DNA from: Desulfobacterales bacterium
GTDB lineage: Bacteria > Desulfobacterota > Desulfobacteria > Desulfobacterales > SpSt-501
NCBI GenBank assembly: GCA_025454275.1
Contig: JALOOS010000002.1
Coordinates: 1 to 38,924 of the forward strand
Length of the DNA: 38,924 nucleotides
Direction: 5' to 3'
Below, piece by piece: positions 25,927 through 36,411 of the stretch. Both the position numbers and the translations under genes were made by a program. The notes under the pieces are model-generated. The model saw only the letters and a list, made by a program, of their open reading frames with translations, made no database searches and was not told where the DNA came from. Each line of letters opens with the position of its first letter. Positions within the stretch are counted from its first letter, which is position 1.

Positions 25927-27378
25927 CTAGGCGGCCGCCAGGGATGCGAGGAGCGCCACCAGAAACCCCTGCAGCCGGCAGAAGGAGGGTACGTGCAGCC
26001 GCTCGCTCGGGGAGTGGGCGTTTTCGGTCGTCGGGCCGAAGGAGATCATCTCCATGTCGGGGTAGATGCTGCCGATGATGGCGCACTCCAGCCCGGCGTG
26101 CAGGGCGCTGACCCGGGGTTCGGTCCGGGTGCACTCGCGGTAGACCCGCCGGCAGCGGTCCAGCAGCGGCGAGGAGAGATCGGGGGTCCAGGGCGGGTAC
26201 TCCGATTCGGTCTCCCAGCGCGCGCCGGCCAGGGCGGCCACCGCCCGGACGCTCTCGGAGGCGGCGTCCAGAGCCGACCTCGTCAAGCTGCGCTGGCTCG
26301 TGACGATCCGCAGGCTTTCCGCGCTGACCGCGGCCATCGCCAGGTTGCCGGAGGTGTGGACCAGGCCTTCGAAGTCGGGGGAGAGCTGCGCGACGCCGTG
26401 GGGCAAAGCGAGCAGCAGGTGAATCACGGCCGCGCTCTCCCCGGCGCTCAATGCGTCAAGCGGGCCGGCCGCGGAGGGTTCCTCTTCGATCGAGAGGAAA
26501 AGGGTGGTCTCGGCCGGAAATTCCGCGCGAAAGAGTGCCTCGGCCGCCTGGGCCTGCCGGCGCAGGGTCTCGATCCCGGCGGCCGGGCAGGCCAGACGGG
26601 CGACAGCATCCCGCGGAATGGCGTTGCGCCGGGTGCCGCCGGAGAGTGCCATCAGGCGCCCCTCGCCCGGGGAGCGCATTCCGGCGAGGGTGCGCGCCAG
26701 CAATTTGAGCGCATTCGCCCGGTGCCGGTGGATATCGATGCCCGAGTGGCCGCCGCAGAGCCCCCCGACGGTCAACCGCACGATCGCCTCGCCGGCGGGC
26801 GCCGCCGCCCGGACGGGGGCCCGGCGGATGGTGACATCCCGGCCTCCCGCACAGCCGACCGTAAAGACCCCCTCGCTTTCGGAATCCAGGTTGATCAGGG
26901 TGCGGCCGGCGAGCCAACCGGCCTGAAGCCCCTTGACGCCTGTGAGGCCGGTCTCCTCATCGACCGTGAAGAGCAGCTCGAGCGGCGGGCGCGGGGTGTG
27001 CGTTCGCTCAGCGACGGCGGCCGCCAGCGCCAGGGCCACCCCGTTGTCGGCGCCCAGGGTGGTGCCGTCCGCGCGGACCCAGTCGCCTTCTCGGATCAGC
27101 CGGATCGGGTCGCGGGTGAAATCGTGGGTCGATGCGGGCGTCTTCTCGCACACCATGTCGAGGTGCCCCTGCAGGATCACCCCCGGGGCGCGCTCCCATC
27201 CGGGGGCGGGCGGCACCGCGATCAGGAGGTTGCCGCTGGCATCCCGCCGGGCGCGGAAGCCCCGCCCGGATGCCCACGCCTCGAACCAGCGGGTGATTCC
27301 CTCCTCGTTCTTGGAGCCGCGCGGAATGCGGCTGATCGCCTCGAACAACGCCATAAGCCGCCGGTCGTTTTCATCCAT
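25927..27378 (-). CDS. pepD: Aminoacyl-histidine dipeptidase (Xaa-His dipeptidase, M20C)
   Basis: FEAISRIPRGSKNEEGI..W....A...GF..RRDASGNLLI......G.E.AP.VILQGHLDMVCEK and downstream DGTTLGADNG and FTVDEETGL motifs are typical of PepD. Confidence 0.85.
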   Translation of the reverse strand: MDENDRRLMALFEAISRIPRGSKNEEGITRWFEAWASGRGFRARRDASGNLLIAVPPAPGWERAPGVILQGHLDMVCEKTPASTHDFTRDPIRLIREGDWVRADGTTLGADNGVALALAAAVAERTHTPRPPLELLFTVDEETGLTGVKGLQAGWLAGRTLINLDSESEGVFTVGCAGGRDVTIRRAPVRAAAPAGEAIVRLTVGGLCGGHSGIDIHRHRANALKLLARTLAGMRSPGEGRLMALSGGTRRNAIPRDAVARLACPAAGIETLRRQAQAAEALFRAEFPAETTLFLSIEEEPSAAGPLDALSAGESAAVIHLLLALPHGVAQLSPDFEGLVHTSGNLAMAAVSAESLRIVTSQRSLTRSALDAASESVRAVAALAGARWETESEYPPWTPDLSSPLLDRCRRVYRECTRTEPRVSALHAGLECAIIGSIYPDMEMISFGPTTENAHSPSERLHVPSFCRLQGFLVALLASLAAA

Positions 27379-27527
27379 TCGAGGTTCCTCCTTTATGGAA
27401 ACGGCCTCCTTATGGAGCCATCCGCCCGGGCTGTCAAGCGATGCGGATCGGTTGACGATTGACTTGGACGCGGGAATCGTCTTAATGTCGTAAGGGTCCG
27501 TGCGCCGGACCCCCTGCGAGGTGACCC

Positions 27528-28688
27528 ATGCCGTCCTTCGATCTCACCGAATTCTTCAAACTCTCCTCGGTACTCAACTACAACCTGAGCGCCGCGTCGC
27601 TGAACCGCTACAACGTGATGATCTACATCCTGGGCGGCAAGCGCCTGGACCGCGACGAGGGGTTGGACCGGGAGAAGAAGAGCCTCATGATGGAGGCGCT
27701 GGGATACCTTTTAAGCGCTTACAGCCACAAGCGGCGGCGATTGGGGCCCCTGGCCGTCCTGCACCCGCTCCGGGCCGCCGCCCTGATGACCCGGGCCCAG
27801 GAGGAGGCGGCGCTCGTGAGCCTGCTCACGGTCCTCTTCCACGACATCCTGGAGGATGTCCAGTCGGTGGATTTCAGCGCCCAGGAGTGGCAGGACATGG
27901 AGCAGCGGCTCTTCGAGCTGCTCGCGCACATGGCGCCGGAGGATGAGCAGCAGCTGATCCGGCGCCTGGAGTGCCTGACCCGCACCAAGTCGGAATCCTA
28001 CTACCGTTACATCGGGCGCATGCTGGAGTGCGCGGCCGTTTTTCCCGAAGTGGTGGATGTGAAACTGGCGGATCGGCTGGACAACACCCTCGACATGCGG
28101 GTGGACCTCGAAGACCCGCTCGTCGGCATCGACTGCTTCCAGAGCCTCTTTCAGCTGCTCTTCGTTCGGGATTATCCCGGCTATACTCCCACCAACGACC
28201 ACCAGCCGGCCACAGCCATGAACGGCTCGCGGCGCCTCTACCAGCTGTTCAAGAACGCCGTGCTGCTATCCCTGATCCGGCAGCCCTCCGTCCCGACAGG
28301 GGGAGCCGCGCGCCGGACCCTCTTCAACGCCGTGGCCGAAGCCAGCCTGCGCGAGGCCCAGCGCACCCTGATGCACCTGCTGGGCTACCACTTCAAGGAC
28401 CGGCGGGCGCAGCGGGAGCTCGTCCTGGACGCCATGGACTACTGCCACAGCGGCCGCACCGATCTGGTCACGCGCCCCGACGGGCAGCGCCTGCTGGACG
28501 GGCTCTTTTCCACCTACTTCGCACCGACCGACGGTCGGCTGCTCACCCAGCAGCTGGACAGCCTCTACCAGAACAAACCGCTGATGATCCAGGGCTCGAT
28601 CGCTTTCATCGTCATTTTCCTGCGCTTCCTCCACGACCCGCTGTTTTTCGTCCGCGGCATCAGCACCGAGGGGATCCAGGCCGATTGA
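27528..28688 (+). CDS. HD-domain protein related to the RelA/SpoT (p)ppGpp hydrolase domain, with an uncharacterised C-terminal half
   Basis: [13 protein letters not shown]...[13 protein letters not shown]...[16 protein letters not shown] matches the SpoT/Mesh1 HD signature (HP..VA...HD..ED...KLADRLHN). No synthetase domain. The roughly 200-aa C-terminal region is unrecognised. Confidence 0.65.
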   Translation: MPSFDLTEFFKLSSVLNYNLSAASLNRYNVMIYILGGKRLDRDEGLDREKKSLMMEALGYLLSAYSHKRRRLGPLAVLHPLRAAALMTRAQEEAALVSLLTVLFHDILEDVQSVDFSAQEWQDMEQRLFELLAHMAPEDEQQLIRRLECLTRTKSESYYRYIGRMLECAAVFPEVVDVKLADRLDNTLDMRVDLEDPLVGIDCFQSLFQLLFVRDYPGYTPTNDHQPATAMNGSRRLYQLFKNAVLLSLIRQPSVPTGGAARRTLFNAVAEASLREAQRTLMHLLGYHFKDRRAQRELVLDAMDYCHSGRTDLVTRPDGQRLLDGLFSTYFAPTDGRLLTQQLDSLYQNKPLMIQGSIAFIVIFLRFLHDPLFFVRGISTEGIQAD

Positions 28689-28701
28689 GGAAAGGAGCCG
28701 C

Positions 28702-29730
28702 ATGAAGGCACTTGTCAAAGCCAAACCCGAGGCCGGTCTCTGGCTCGAAGAGGTTCCCGTCCCGGAGCCGGGGATCAACGATGTCCTGATCAAGATCCAC
28801 AAGACCGCCATCTGCGGCACCGATGTGCACATTTACCTCTGGGACGATTGGGCGCGGCGCACCATCCCCGTGCCCATGCCGATCGGCCATGAGTTCGTGG
28901 GCCGGGTGGCGGCGATCGGCGCCAACGTCCACGACTTCGCCGTCGGGGATCTGGTCTCAGGTGAGGGGCACCTCGTGTGCGGCCGCTGCCGCAATTGCCT
29001 CGCCGGCCGGCGCCACCTCTGCCCCAAGACCAGCAGCGTGGGGGTGAACCGGCCGGGGGCCTTCGCGGAGTACCTCTGCATCCCGGTCAGCAACGTCTGG
29101 TATTGCGATCCCGCCATCCCCACCGATGTGCTGGCCGTCTTCGACCCGCTCGGGAACGCGACCCACACGGCCCTCTCCTTCGATCTGCTCGGCGAGGACG
29201 TGCTCATCACCGGGGCCGGCCCCATCGGCTGCATGGCGACGGCCATCTCCCGGCATGCGGGCGCACGCCACATCGTCGTGACCGACGTGATCCCCCGCCG
29301 GCTCGATCTGGCGCGCCGGCTCGGCGCCACCCTCGCCCTCGACGTCCGGCACGAATCGATCGACGATGCCCAGCGGCAGCTCGGCATGAAGGAGGGGTTC
29401 GACGTGGGCCTGGAGATGAGCGGAAACCCCCAGGCCTTCCGGGACATGCTCGCGGCCATGTGCCACGGCGGCAGGATCGCGCTGCTCGGGATTCTCCCCC
29501 CGGCCACGGCGGTGGACTGGGGGACCGTGATTTTCAACAGCTTGACCCTCAAGGGCATCTACGGCCGCGAGATGTACGAAACCTGGTACAAGATGACGGT
29601 GATGATCCAGAGCGGGCTGGACATCACCCCTGTCATCACCCATCATTTCCACTTCAGCGAATTCGAAAAAGGGTTCGAGGCGATGCGCTCCGGGCAATCG
29701 GGCAAAGTCATCCTGACCTGGGAGGGGTGA
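28702..29730 (+). CDS. tdh: L-threonine 3-dehydrogenase
   Basis: [45 protein letters not shown]... is near-colinear with E. coli Tdh. It is followed by kbl. Confidence 0.92.
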   Translation: MKALVKAKPEAGLWLEEVPVPEPGINDVLIKIHKTAICGTDVHIYLWDDWARRTIPVPMPIGHEFVGRVAAIGANVHDFAVGDLVSGEGHLVCGRCRNCLAGRRHLCPKTSSVGVNRPGAFAEYLCIPVSNVWYCDPAIPTDVLAVFDPLGNATHTALSFDLLGEDVLITGAGPIGCMATAISRHAGARHIVVTDVIPRRLDLARRLGATLALDVRHESIDDAQRQLGMKEGFDVGLEMSGNPQAFRDMLAAMCHGGRIALLGILPPATAVDWGTVIFNSLTLKGIYGREMYETWYKMTVMIQSGLDITPVITHHFHFSEFEKGFEAMRSGQSGKVILTWEG

Positions 29731-29802
29731 TGGCCGCCGGACGGCCGGCACGCTACCCGCGGCTCCCCGCGGCGGCCGGCCACCGGCAGGAGGGAGGAGG
29801 TC

Positions 29803-31029
29803 ATGGCGCTCGATCGGTTGGATCAGGCGTTGGAGGTGGAACTGGCGGAGCTGCGTGCCGAGGGGCGGGCGAAGCCCCCGGAGCGGGTCATCGTCGGGGT
29901 CATCCCCCCCGCGGACGGCAAGGGCCCCCGCTATCGGCTGAGCGGCTCCCCGCAGGAGTTCATCCGCATGAACTCCAACAGCTACCTCTCGCTCTCCCTG
30001 CACCCGGAAGTGGTGGCCGCGGCCGAGGAGGCCGCCCGCCGGTTCGGGGTCGGACCCGGAGCGGTGCGTTTCATCGACGGGACGTTCGCCCCTCACGCGG
30101 CGCTCGAGGAGCGGATCGCGCAGTTCGTGGAGAAACCCGCCGCCAAAATCTTCAATTCCGCCTACACCGCGAACCTGGGCTTTGCGCTGGCGATCGCCAC
30201 CGCGGCCACCTTTTGGGTCGGGGACCAGCTCAACCACAACAGCATCATCCGGGCGATGCGCATCGCCAACGTGCCCGCGGGCCGCAAGGCCATCTACGGC
30301 CACAACGACATGGAGGGATTGCGCCGCTGCCTGGAGGCGGTGCCGGCCGGTATCACCCGGGTGGTCGTCATCTTCGACGGGGTTTTCAGCATGCGCGGGG
30401 ATTGTTCGCCCCTGGCGCGCATCGCCGCGATCGCCCAAACCTTTGACCGGCGCTTTCGGGACGGGGTGGTCACCGTCATGGACGACTCTCACGGCATCGG
30501 GGCCTTCGGGCCGAGCGGGCGCGGCGCTTATGATGCGGCCGGCGTCCCCGCCGACGTCCTCATCGGCACCTTCGGCAAGGCCTTCGGCGTCAACGGCGGG
30601 TTCATCGCCGCCAGCCCTGCGCTGATCGAGGCGGTGCGGCAGAAGGCGGACACCTACATCTACACCAACCCCCTCGGTGCAGCCGACTGCGCCGCGGCCC
30701 TGCGGGCGGTCGAGCTCTGCGACAGCGCGGAAGGCCGCCACCGTCTCGAGCACCTGGCCTCCATGGTCGCCCGCTTCCGCCGGGGGATCGCAGCGCTCGG
30801 CTGGGAGTCGATCCCCGGGCCGACCCCGATCGTGCCCCTGCTCGTGCGCGACACCCCGCGCGTCCAGGCCGTGGTGCGGCACCTCTTCGACCACGGGATC
30901 CTGGCGGTGGGGCTGACCTATCCCGTGGTGCCGCGGGGGGATGAGACCGTGCGCTTCCAGGTGAATGCGGCCCACACCGCCGCAGACATCGATGCCGTCC
31001 TGGCGGCCTTGGCCCGCTTTCCCCGATGA
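29803..31029 (+). CDS. kbl: Glycine C-acetyltransferase (2-amino-3-ketobutyrate CoA ligase)
   Basis: Alpha-oxoamine synthase family: NSNSYLSLS, DDSHGIGAFG, GTFGKAFGVNGGF (PLP lysine). Its position directly after tdh supports kbl. Confidence 0.85.
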   Translation: MALDRLDQALEVELAELRAEGRAKPPERVIVGVIPPADGKGPRYRLSGSPQEFIRMNSNSYLSLSLHPEVVAAAEEAARRFGVGPGAVRFIDGTFAPHAALEERIAQFVEKPAAKIFNSAYTANLGFALAIATAATFWVGDQLNHNSIIRAMRIANVPAGRKAIYGHNDMEGLRRCLEAVPAGITRVVVIFDGVFSMRGDCSPLARIAAIAQTFDRRFRDGVVTVMDDSHGIGAFGPSGRGAYDAAGVPADVLIGTFGKAFGVNGGFIAASPALIEAVRQKADTYIYTNPLGAADCAAALRAVELCDSAEGRHRLEHLASMVARFRRGIAALGWESIPGPTPIVPLLVRDTPRVQAVVRHLFDHGILAVGLTYPVVPRGDETVRFQVNAAHTAADIDAVLAALARFPR

Positions 31030-31079
31030 TCCCGGGGCCGCCTCCCGGGTGACGGCGGGCGGCGCGGGGCGGCCTCCTT

Positions 31080-31883
31080 TCAAGAAAGGCGGATCAGCGG
31101 CGATGGGGCGTGCGGGCCGGCCGCACGGAGGCGGGTGCCGGTGCCGTCGAGTGCCCGGCCCGCTTCCGCGAGGGCCTTCTCCGGGGTGTTGTTCGTTTCG
31201 CTGAGATGGGCCAGGATCACCTGCTCCAGGCCCGGATGGGCGATGTCGGCGAGCAGGCGGCCGGAGTCCAGGTTGGACAGGTGGCCGCTGCGGCCGCGAA
31301 TGCGCTGCTTCAGAAACCAGGGGTAGGGGCCCTGCATCAGCATGTCGGGGTCGTGGTTGGACTCGAGGACGAGCAGGCGGCAGCCGCGCAGGTGCTCGCG
31401 GACGACGGTGGTGACGATCCCCAGGTCGGTGGCGATGCCGATCCGCGTGCCGTTGGCGCCGATAACGAAGCCGGCCGGGTCGCCGGCGTCATGGGAGATC
31501 GGGAAGGGGTGCACCGTCAGGGTGCCGATCGGAAACGGGCGGCCGCAGTCGAAGATGTGGACCTCCGGCAGCTCCCGCAGCGGGAGGGCGGCCTTCAGCG
31601 TGCCGGCCGTCAGGAATACCGGCAGGCGGTGGCGGCGGCAGAGCCGCTCCACCCCCCGCACGTGGTCCGTGTGCTCATGGGTGATCAGGAGCCCACTCAG
31701 GGAGGCGGTGCCGATTCCCCGCTGTTCCAGGCGGCGGCCGATCTCCCGGGCGGAGAGACCGGCATCCACCAGGATAGAGGTCGCTCCGTCGGAGAGATAC
31801 ATCGCATTGCCCCCGCTGCCGCTTCCCAGAACACAGAGCGAGAGTCCGCGGCCGCCCGGGTTCGGTTGATCCGATGGTTCCAC
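31080..31883 (-). CDS. MBL-fold metallo-hydrolase (YycJ/PhnP-like)
   Basis: LCVLGSGSGGNAMYL...LLITHEHTDHVRG...ISHDAGDPAGF...AHLSETNN pattern. Confidence 0.8.
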   Translation of the reverse strand: MEPSDQPNPGGRGLSLCVLGSGSGGNAMYLSDGATSILVDAGLSAREIGRRLEQRGIGTASLSGLLITHEHTDHVRGVERLCRRHRLPVFLTAGTLKAALPLRELPEVHIFDCGRPFPIGTLTVHPFPISHDAGDPAGFVIGANGTRIGIATDLGIVTTVVREHLRGCRLLVLESNHDPDMLMQGPYPWFLKQRIRGRSGHLSNLDSGRLLADIAHPGLEQVILAHLSETNNTPEKALAEAGRALDGTGTRLRAAGPHAPSPLIRLS

Positions 31884-31924
31884 AAACCTCCTTCCTGCGG
31901 TGCAGGGCCATATGGCATCTGCTT

Positions 31925-32437
31925 TTAGTTCCCCGTGTGCCCGAAGCCGCCTTCGCTGCGGGGTGTGGCATCGAGGACATCCACCACCTCCAGCCGGGCC
32001 TGGTGGACGCGCTGGATGACCATCTGGGCGATCCGGTCGCCGCGGCGCACGGTGTAGTCGGAGGGGCCGAGGTTCACGAGAGCGATCATCACCTCGCCGC
32101 GGTAGTCGGCGTCGACGGTTCCCGGGGCGTTGATCAGCCCGATGCCATGCCGGACCGCGAGCCCGCTCCGCGGCCGGATCTGGGCCTCGAAGCCGCGCGG
32201 CAGGGCGATGGCGAACCCTGTGGGCAGCAGGGCGATCCCGCCCCGCTTCAAAACGAGCTCCGCCCGCACGGCGGCGCAGATGTCCATGCCCGCTGCATCC
32301 GCGGTCATATAGCAGGGCAGGGGGATGTCCGCGTCCTCCTGCGGGCGCAGGCGCCGGATTTTGATGACAGGCTCCGCGTTCACGGCGATCGTCTTCGGGG
32401 AATTACGGCCCGCCGCAGCCTGCGGGGCGGGAATCAT
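31925..32437 (-). CDS. dut: dUTP diphosphatase
   Basis: [18 protein letters not shown]...[30 protein letters not shown]...GDRIAQMV...[10 protein letters not shown] are dUTPase motifs. The true start may be the internal GTG at 32383. Confidence 0.88.
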   Translation of the reverse strand: MIPAPQAAAGRNSPKTIAVNAEPVIKIRRLRPQEDADIPLPCYMTADAAGMDICAAVRAELVLKRGGIALLPTGFAIALPRGFEAQIRPRSGLAVRHGIGLINAPGTVDADYRGEVMIALVNLGPSDYTVRRGDRIAQMVIQRVHQARLEVVDVLDATPRSEGGFGHTGN

Positions 32438-32479
32438 CTCTTGGCGCCGGTCGTGTGGAGGGGACCGCGCCGCACGGTC

Positions 32480-33751
32480 TCAATGCCGCAGCAGGCACGC
32501 CTCGAATCTCTCCGGTCGGTCCTTCGCCGGGCCGAGGAGGGTGAGCATCGTTTGTTCCGGGCGAAACAGGGTCCGGGCCAGCTCCTGAATATCCTCGGCC
32601 GTGACGGATTCGAGGCGGGATATCACCTCGTCCAGGGAGATGTCCGCCTCAAAGTAGATTTCGTTCTGGGCGGCGCGCATCATCTGATGGTCGGCGTGCT
32701 CGGCGGCGAGCAGCAGGCTGCCCCTGGTGTACTCGAGGGCCCCTTTCAGCTCCGCGGCGGTGACGGGTTCGCGCGCCATCCGGGCCAATTCGACCGCGAC
32801 GAGCTCGACGGCGGGTCGGACCTGATCGGGGCTGACCGCCAGGTAGACGCCGAACATGCCGGTGTCGACGTGGGCGGCGGTGAAGGAGTAGACGGCATAG
32901 GCGAGACCGCGGGTTTCACGGATCTCCTGAAAGAGGCGCGAGCTCATGTTCCCGCCGAGGATCGTGTTGAGCAGCGAAAAGGCGTAGCGGCGCGGGTCGG
33001 CCATCGCCAGGCCCGGCGTTCCCAGGCAGATGTGGACCTGTTCGAGCTCCCGCGGGTGAAGCGCCACCCGGGGGCGGTTGACGGGCGTGACCCGCGGGGG
33101 AAAGCCGTTGCCGGGGCGGACGGTTTCAAACGCCGGGCCGACCAGATCCACCAGGCGCCCGTGGTCGAGATGGCCGGCGGCGGCGATCACGATCCGTTCG
33201 GGCTGGTAGAGGCGGCTGAAAAAGTCGCGGATGGTTTCGGCGCTGAACTGGGCGATATTCTGGCGGGTGCCCAGAATGGAGCGGCCGAGCGGATTGTCGC
33301 CCCAGAAGGTGCTGCCCGAAAGGGTGTGGATGTATTCCTCCGGGCTGTCCTCGACCATACCGATCTCCTGCAGGATGACCGGCCGCTCCCGTTCCACCTC
33401 CCGGGGGTCGAAGAGCGAGTTCAGAAATATGTCGGAGAGGATCTCCACCATGGTCTCGATCCGGGTGTCGAGGACCTTGGCGTGGTAGCAGGTGTGCTCC
33501 ATGGTGGTGAACGCATTGGTGTGGCCGCCGATCCCATCGAATTCTTTGGCGATTTGAAAGGCGGAGCGCTTGCGGGTACCCTTGAAGATCATGTGCTCGA
33601 TGAAGTGGGACAGCCCGTTTTCGGGATCGGTTTCGTCGCGGGCCCCGGCGTTCACCCAAACCCCCATCGCCACCGAACGGGTGTGCGGCATCGGCAGGCT
33701 CACGATCCGCACCCCGTTGGCGAGCACCGTCCGGGCGATGGCAGCCTCCAT
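32480..33751 (-). CDS. M16 family (pitrilysin-like) zinc peptidase
   Basis: The inverted zinc motif HFIEHMIFKGT (HxxEH) is near the N-terminus. Size is typical (423 aa). Position directly after pnp is conserved. Confidence 0.85.
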   Translation of the reverse strand: MEAAIARTVLANGVRIVSLPMPHTRSVAMGVWVNAGARDETDPENGLSHFIEHMIFKGTRKRSAFQIAKEFDGIGGHTNAFTTMEHTCYHAKVLDTRIETMVEILSDIFLNSLFDPREVERERPVILQEIGMVEDSPEEYIHTLSGSTFWGDNPLGRSILGTRQNIAQFSAETIRDFFSRLYQPERIVIAAAGHLDHGRLVDLVGPAFETVRPGNGFPPRVTPVNRPRVALHPRELEQVHICLGTPGLAMADPRRYAFSLLNTILGGNMSSRLFQEIRETRGLAYAVYSFTAAHVDTGMFGVYLAVSPDQVRPAVELVAVELARMAREPVTAAELKGALEYTRGSLLLAAEHADHQMMRAAQNEIYFEADISLDEVISRLESVTAEDIQELARTLFRPEQTMLTLLGPAKDRPERFEACLLRH

Positions 33752-33756
33752 GGCCC

Positions 33757-35835
33757 CTACCCCTCGAGCAGCGCCTTGTGACTCAGCCGGATTTTGCCGT
33801 CGCGGCCGATTTCGAGCACCTTGACCTTGAGTTTGTCACCCTCCTTCACGACGTCGGAGACCTTGGTGACCCGTCGGTTGGCGAGTTGCGAGATGTGGAC
33901 CAGCCCGTCGGTGCCCGGCATGATGTTGACGAAGGCCCCGAAGTCGGTGATCTTGACGACGGTGCCCTCGTAGATGGCTCCCACCTCCGGATCGGCCGTG
34001 ATCTGCTTGATGAGGGTAAGAGCCGCCTCCGCCTCCTGCTTGGAGAAAGCGGCGATCTTGACCTGGCCCGAATCTTCGATCTGGATGGTGGTGTTGGTCT
34101 GGCTCTGGATGGCGCGGATGGTCTTGCCGCCCTGTCCGATCACTTCGCGGATCTTGTCGGGATGGATCGTGATGGTGGTGATGGTCGGGGCGTAGGGGGA
34201 GATCTCCTGGCGCGGGGCGGCGATCGTTTCGAGCATCCGGCCCAGGATGTGGATGCGCCCGCGGCGCGCCTGTTCCAGGGCGGCGGCGAGGATCTCGCGC
34301 GAGAGCTCATGGATCTTGATATCCATCTGCATGGCGGTGATCCCCTCCCGGGTGCCGGCGACTTTAAAATCCATGTCGCCGGCGTGGTCCTCGTCGCCGA
34401 GGATGTCGGAGAGCACGACCACCCGCTCGCCCTCGCTGACCAGTCCCATCGCGATCCCGGCGACCGGCGCCGTGATGGGCACCCCGCCGTCCATCAATGC
34501 CAGGCAGCAGGCGCAAACGGTGCCCATGGAGGAGGAGCCGTTGGACTCCAGGACCTCGGAGACCAGCCGGATGGTGTAGTCGAAGGCCTCCTTGGCCGGG
34601 AGGATCTTTTCGATCGCCCGGGTCGAGAGTCCGCCGTGGCCGATGTCGCGCCGGCTGGGCCCGGCGATGCGTTTGGCCTCGCCGACCGAGTAGGGCGGAA
34701 AATTGTAGTGCAGCATGAAGGGGCGGAACTCCTCCCCGGAGAGGGTTTCCACCCGCTGTTCGTCCTGCCCGGAGCCCAGCGTGAGCACGCCGAGGACCTG
34801 GGTCTCGCCGCGGGTAAAGAGGGCGCTGCCGTGCGGCCGGGGCAGAATCCCCACCTGGCAGGTGATCGGGCGGATCTCCTCGAAGCCGCGGCCGTCCACG
34901 CGACGGCCCTCGTTCAGAATCAGCTCGCGCAGGATCCGCCGCTTGAGGGCGTCGATGATCCCGGCCACCTCTTCGCGGCGCTCAAGGCCCTCATCGCCCA
35001 AGGCCGCGAGGACGGCATGCTTGGCCGTGCGGGCGGCGGCGTAACGCTGGACCTTCTGCGGGATGAGAAGCGCCTCCCGCAGGGGGCCGGCGGCCAGCCC
35101 CTCGACCCGGGCCGTGAAATCGGCATCGGGTGCGGGCGGCGTGAAGGCCCGCTTGGGAGCACCGTGGGTCTCGCGCAGCTTCGCCTGCAGGTCGATCAGG
35201 GGCTGCATGGCCCGATGACCGAAAAAAATGGCCTCGGTCATCTCCGCTTCGCTCACGACGTCGGCGCCGCCCTCCACCATCACGACCCCGGTCTTGGACC
35301 CGGCCACGACGATGTTGATGTCGCAAGCCTCCCACTCGGACAAGGCAGGGTTGATTTTGAACTCGCCGTTGATTCGGCCGACGCGCACGGCGGCGATCGG
35401 CCCGGCGAAAGGGACGTCGGAAATGTGCAGGGCGGCCGAGGCCCCGACCATGGCGAGCGTATCCGGATCGTTTTCCTGGTCCATCGACAGGACGGTCGCG
35501 ATCACCTGGGTTTCAAATCGAAACCCCTTGGGAAACAGCGGCCGGATGGGGCGGTCGATCAGCCGTGCGGTCAGGGTTTCCTTTTCGCTGGGGCGGCCGA
35601 TTTCGCGCCGGAAATAGTTGCCCGGGATGCGGCCGGCCGCGTAGATCTTCTCCTGGTATTCGACGGTCAGCGGCAGGAAATCGCCGGGCCGCTCATCGTG
35701 GGTGGCCACCACCGTGACCAGGACGATGGTGTCGCCGTACTGGACCACCACCGAGCCGGAGGCCTGCTTGGCCACCTTGCCGGTCTGGATGCTCATGGCC
35801 TTGCCGCCGATGTCTTCCTTCAATAAAATCTCCAT
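33757..35835 (-). CDS. pnp: Polyribonucleotide nucleotidyltransferase (PNPase)
   Basis: Two RNase PH domains, then KH ([15 protein letters not shown]) and S1 ([31 protein letters not shown]) domains. ATG at 35835 with GGAGG upstream. Confidence 0.95.
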   Translation of the reverse strand: MEILLKEDIGGKAMSIQTGKVAKQASGSVVVQYGDTIVLVTVVATHDERPGDFLPLTVEYQEKIYAAGRIPGNYFRREIGRPSEKETLTARLIDRPIRPLFPKGFRFETQVIATVLSMDQENDPDTLAMVGASAALHISDVPFAGPIAAVRVGRINGEFKINPALSEWEACDINIVVAGSKTGVVMVEGGADVVSEAEMTEAIFFGHRAMQPLIDLQAKLRETHGAPKRAFTPPAPDADFTARVEGLAAGPLREALLIPQKVQRYAAARTAKHAVLAALGDEGLERREEVAGIIDALKRRILRELILNEGRRVDGRGFEEIRPITCQVGILPRPHGSALFTRGETQVLGVLTLGSGQDEQRVETLSGEEFRPFMLHYNFPPYSVGEAKRIAGPSRRDIGHGGLSTRAIEKILPAKEAFDYTIRLVSEVLESNGSSSMGTVCACCLALMDGGVPITAPVAGIAMGLVSEGERVVVLSDILGDEDHAGDMDFKVAGTREGITAMQMDIKIHELSREILAAALEQARRGRIHILGRMLETIAAPRQEISPYAPTITTITIHPDKIREVIGQGGKTIRAIQSQTNTTIQIEDSGQVKIAAFSKQEAEAALTLIKQITADPEVGAIYEGTVVKITDFGAFVNIMPGTDGLVHISQLANRRVTKVSDVVKEGDKLKVKVLEIGRDGKIRLSHKALLEG

Positions 35836-35972
35836 TCCTACCTCCTTGCACGGCATCCGGCCGCAACACGTCCGCCAGCGGCCACCGGGACCGGTGGGGC
35901 GTCGGCGGCGACCGCAGCGCCCCCCACGGCCCTGCGCCGCGGGGGCTCCGGCGGCTTCCGGATGCCTGAAAG
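35836..35972 (-). promoter_or_regulatory. Highly structured rpsO-pnp intercistronic leader
   Basis: Closing stem GGCATCCGG+CCGC (35852-35864) pairs with GCGG..CCGGATGCC (35951-35966). Inner hairpins are CCACCGG/CCGGTGG (35882-35897) and GCCCCC/GGGGGC (35919-35924 with 35941-35946). The structure ends just before the pnp SD. Confidence 0.5.
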
Positions 35973-36242
35973 CTACTTTTTCAGACCCAGCGTATCGATG
36001 ATGGCCCGGTAGCGGTTGACGTCCTTGTATTTGACGTAGTTCAGCAACCGGCGACGTCTGCCGACGAGCATCAGCAACCCGCGCCGGGAGTGGTGGTCCT
36101 TCTTGTGGATCTTCAGGTGCTCGGTCAGGTACTCGATGCGGTTGGTGAGCAGACCGACCTGAACCTCGGGTGAGCCGGTGTCGGTATCGTGCACCTTGTA
36201 CTTGGCGATCAGATTCTTCTTGTCCTGCGTTGACAACGTCAC
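35973..36242 (-). CDS. rpsO: 30S ribosomal protein S15
   Basis: (V)[88 protein letters not shown], 89 aa. GTG at 36242 preceded by GAAGGAGGAG. Confidence 0.95.
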   Translation of the reverse strand: MTLSTQDKKNLIAKYKVHDTDTGSPEVQVGLLTNRIEYLTEHLKIHKKDHHSRRGLLMLVGRRRRLLNYVKYKDVNRYRAIIDTLGLKK

Positions 36243-36367
36243 GTTTCTTTCTCCTCCTTCTCGACGGCTCCCGCGCCGCCCGCCGTGCCGTGCCGGGGCC
36301 GCCGGCCGTGCGTGCGCCGGGGGGGCGGGCCGTCTGTTGTCGACCACCACGTGGTGGTCAATCAGTC
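36243..36367 (-). promoter_or_regulatory. rpsO 5' leader with an 18-bp perfect palindrome and a GC-rich fold
   Basis: GACCACCACGTGGTGGTC (36342-36359) lies immediately downstream of the candidate -10. It is followed by a GC-rich segment closed by GACGGC...GCCGTC, ending just before the SD. Confidence 0.4.
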
Positions 36368-36396
36368 ACATTAGAGCAACAGCGATGTTTGTGCAA
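36368..36396 (-). promoter_or_regulatory. Candidate sigma70-type promoter for rpsO
   Basis: On the minus strand: TTGCAC (36396-36391), 17-nt spacer, TAATGT (36373-36368), with an A/T-rich stretch (GATTTATA) just upstream. Pattern match only. Confidence 0.4.
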
Positions 36397-36411
36397 TATA
36401 AATCACCGTTT

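Noticed and set aside
3647-35826. Many very long ORFs antisense to or out of frame with the called genes: 3647-5056(+), 6939-8150(+), 8056-9849(+), 9464-11167(+), 13811-15136(+), 16353-17444(-), 17551-18720(+), 22119-23591(-), 23575-25851(-), 25993-27462(+), 28957-31083(-), 31874-33781(+) and 33778-35826(+).
   Set aside because: Their translations are Arg/Gly/Pro/Ala/His-rich and low in complexity, with no recognisable motifs. Each lies opposite a gene with clear family signatures. Stop-poor shadow frames of this kind are expected in GC-rich DNA.
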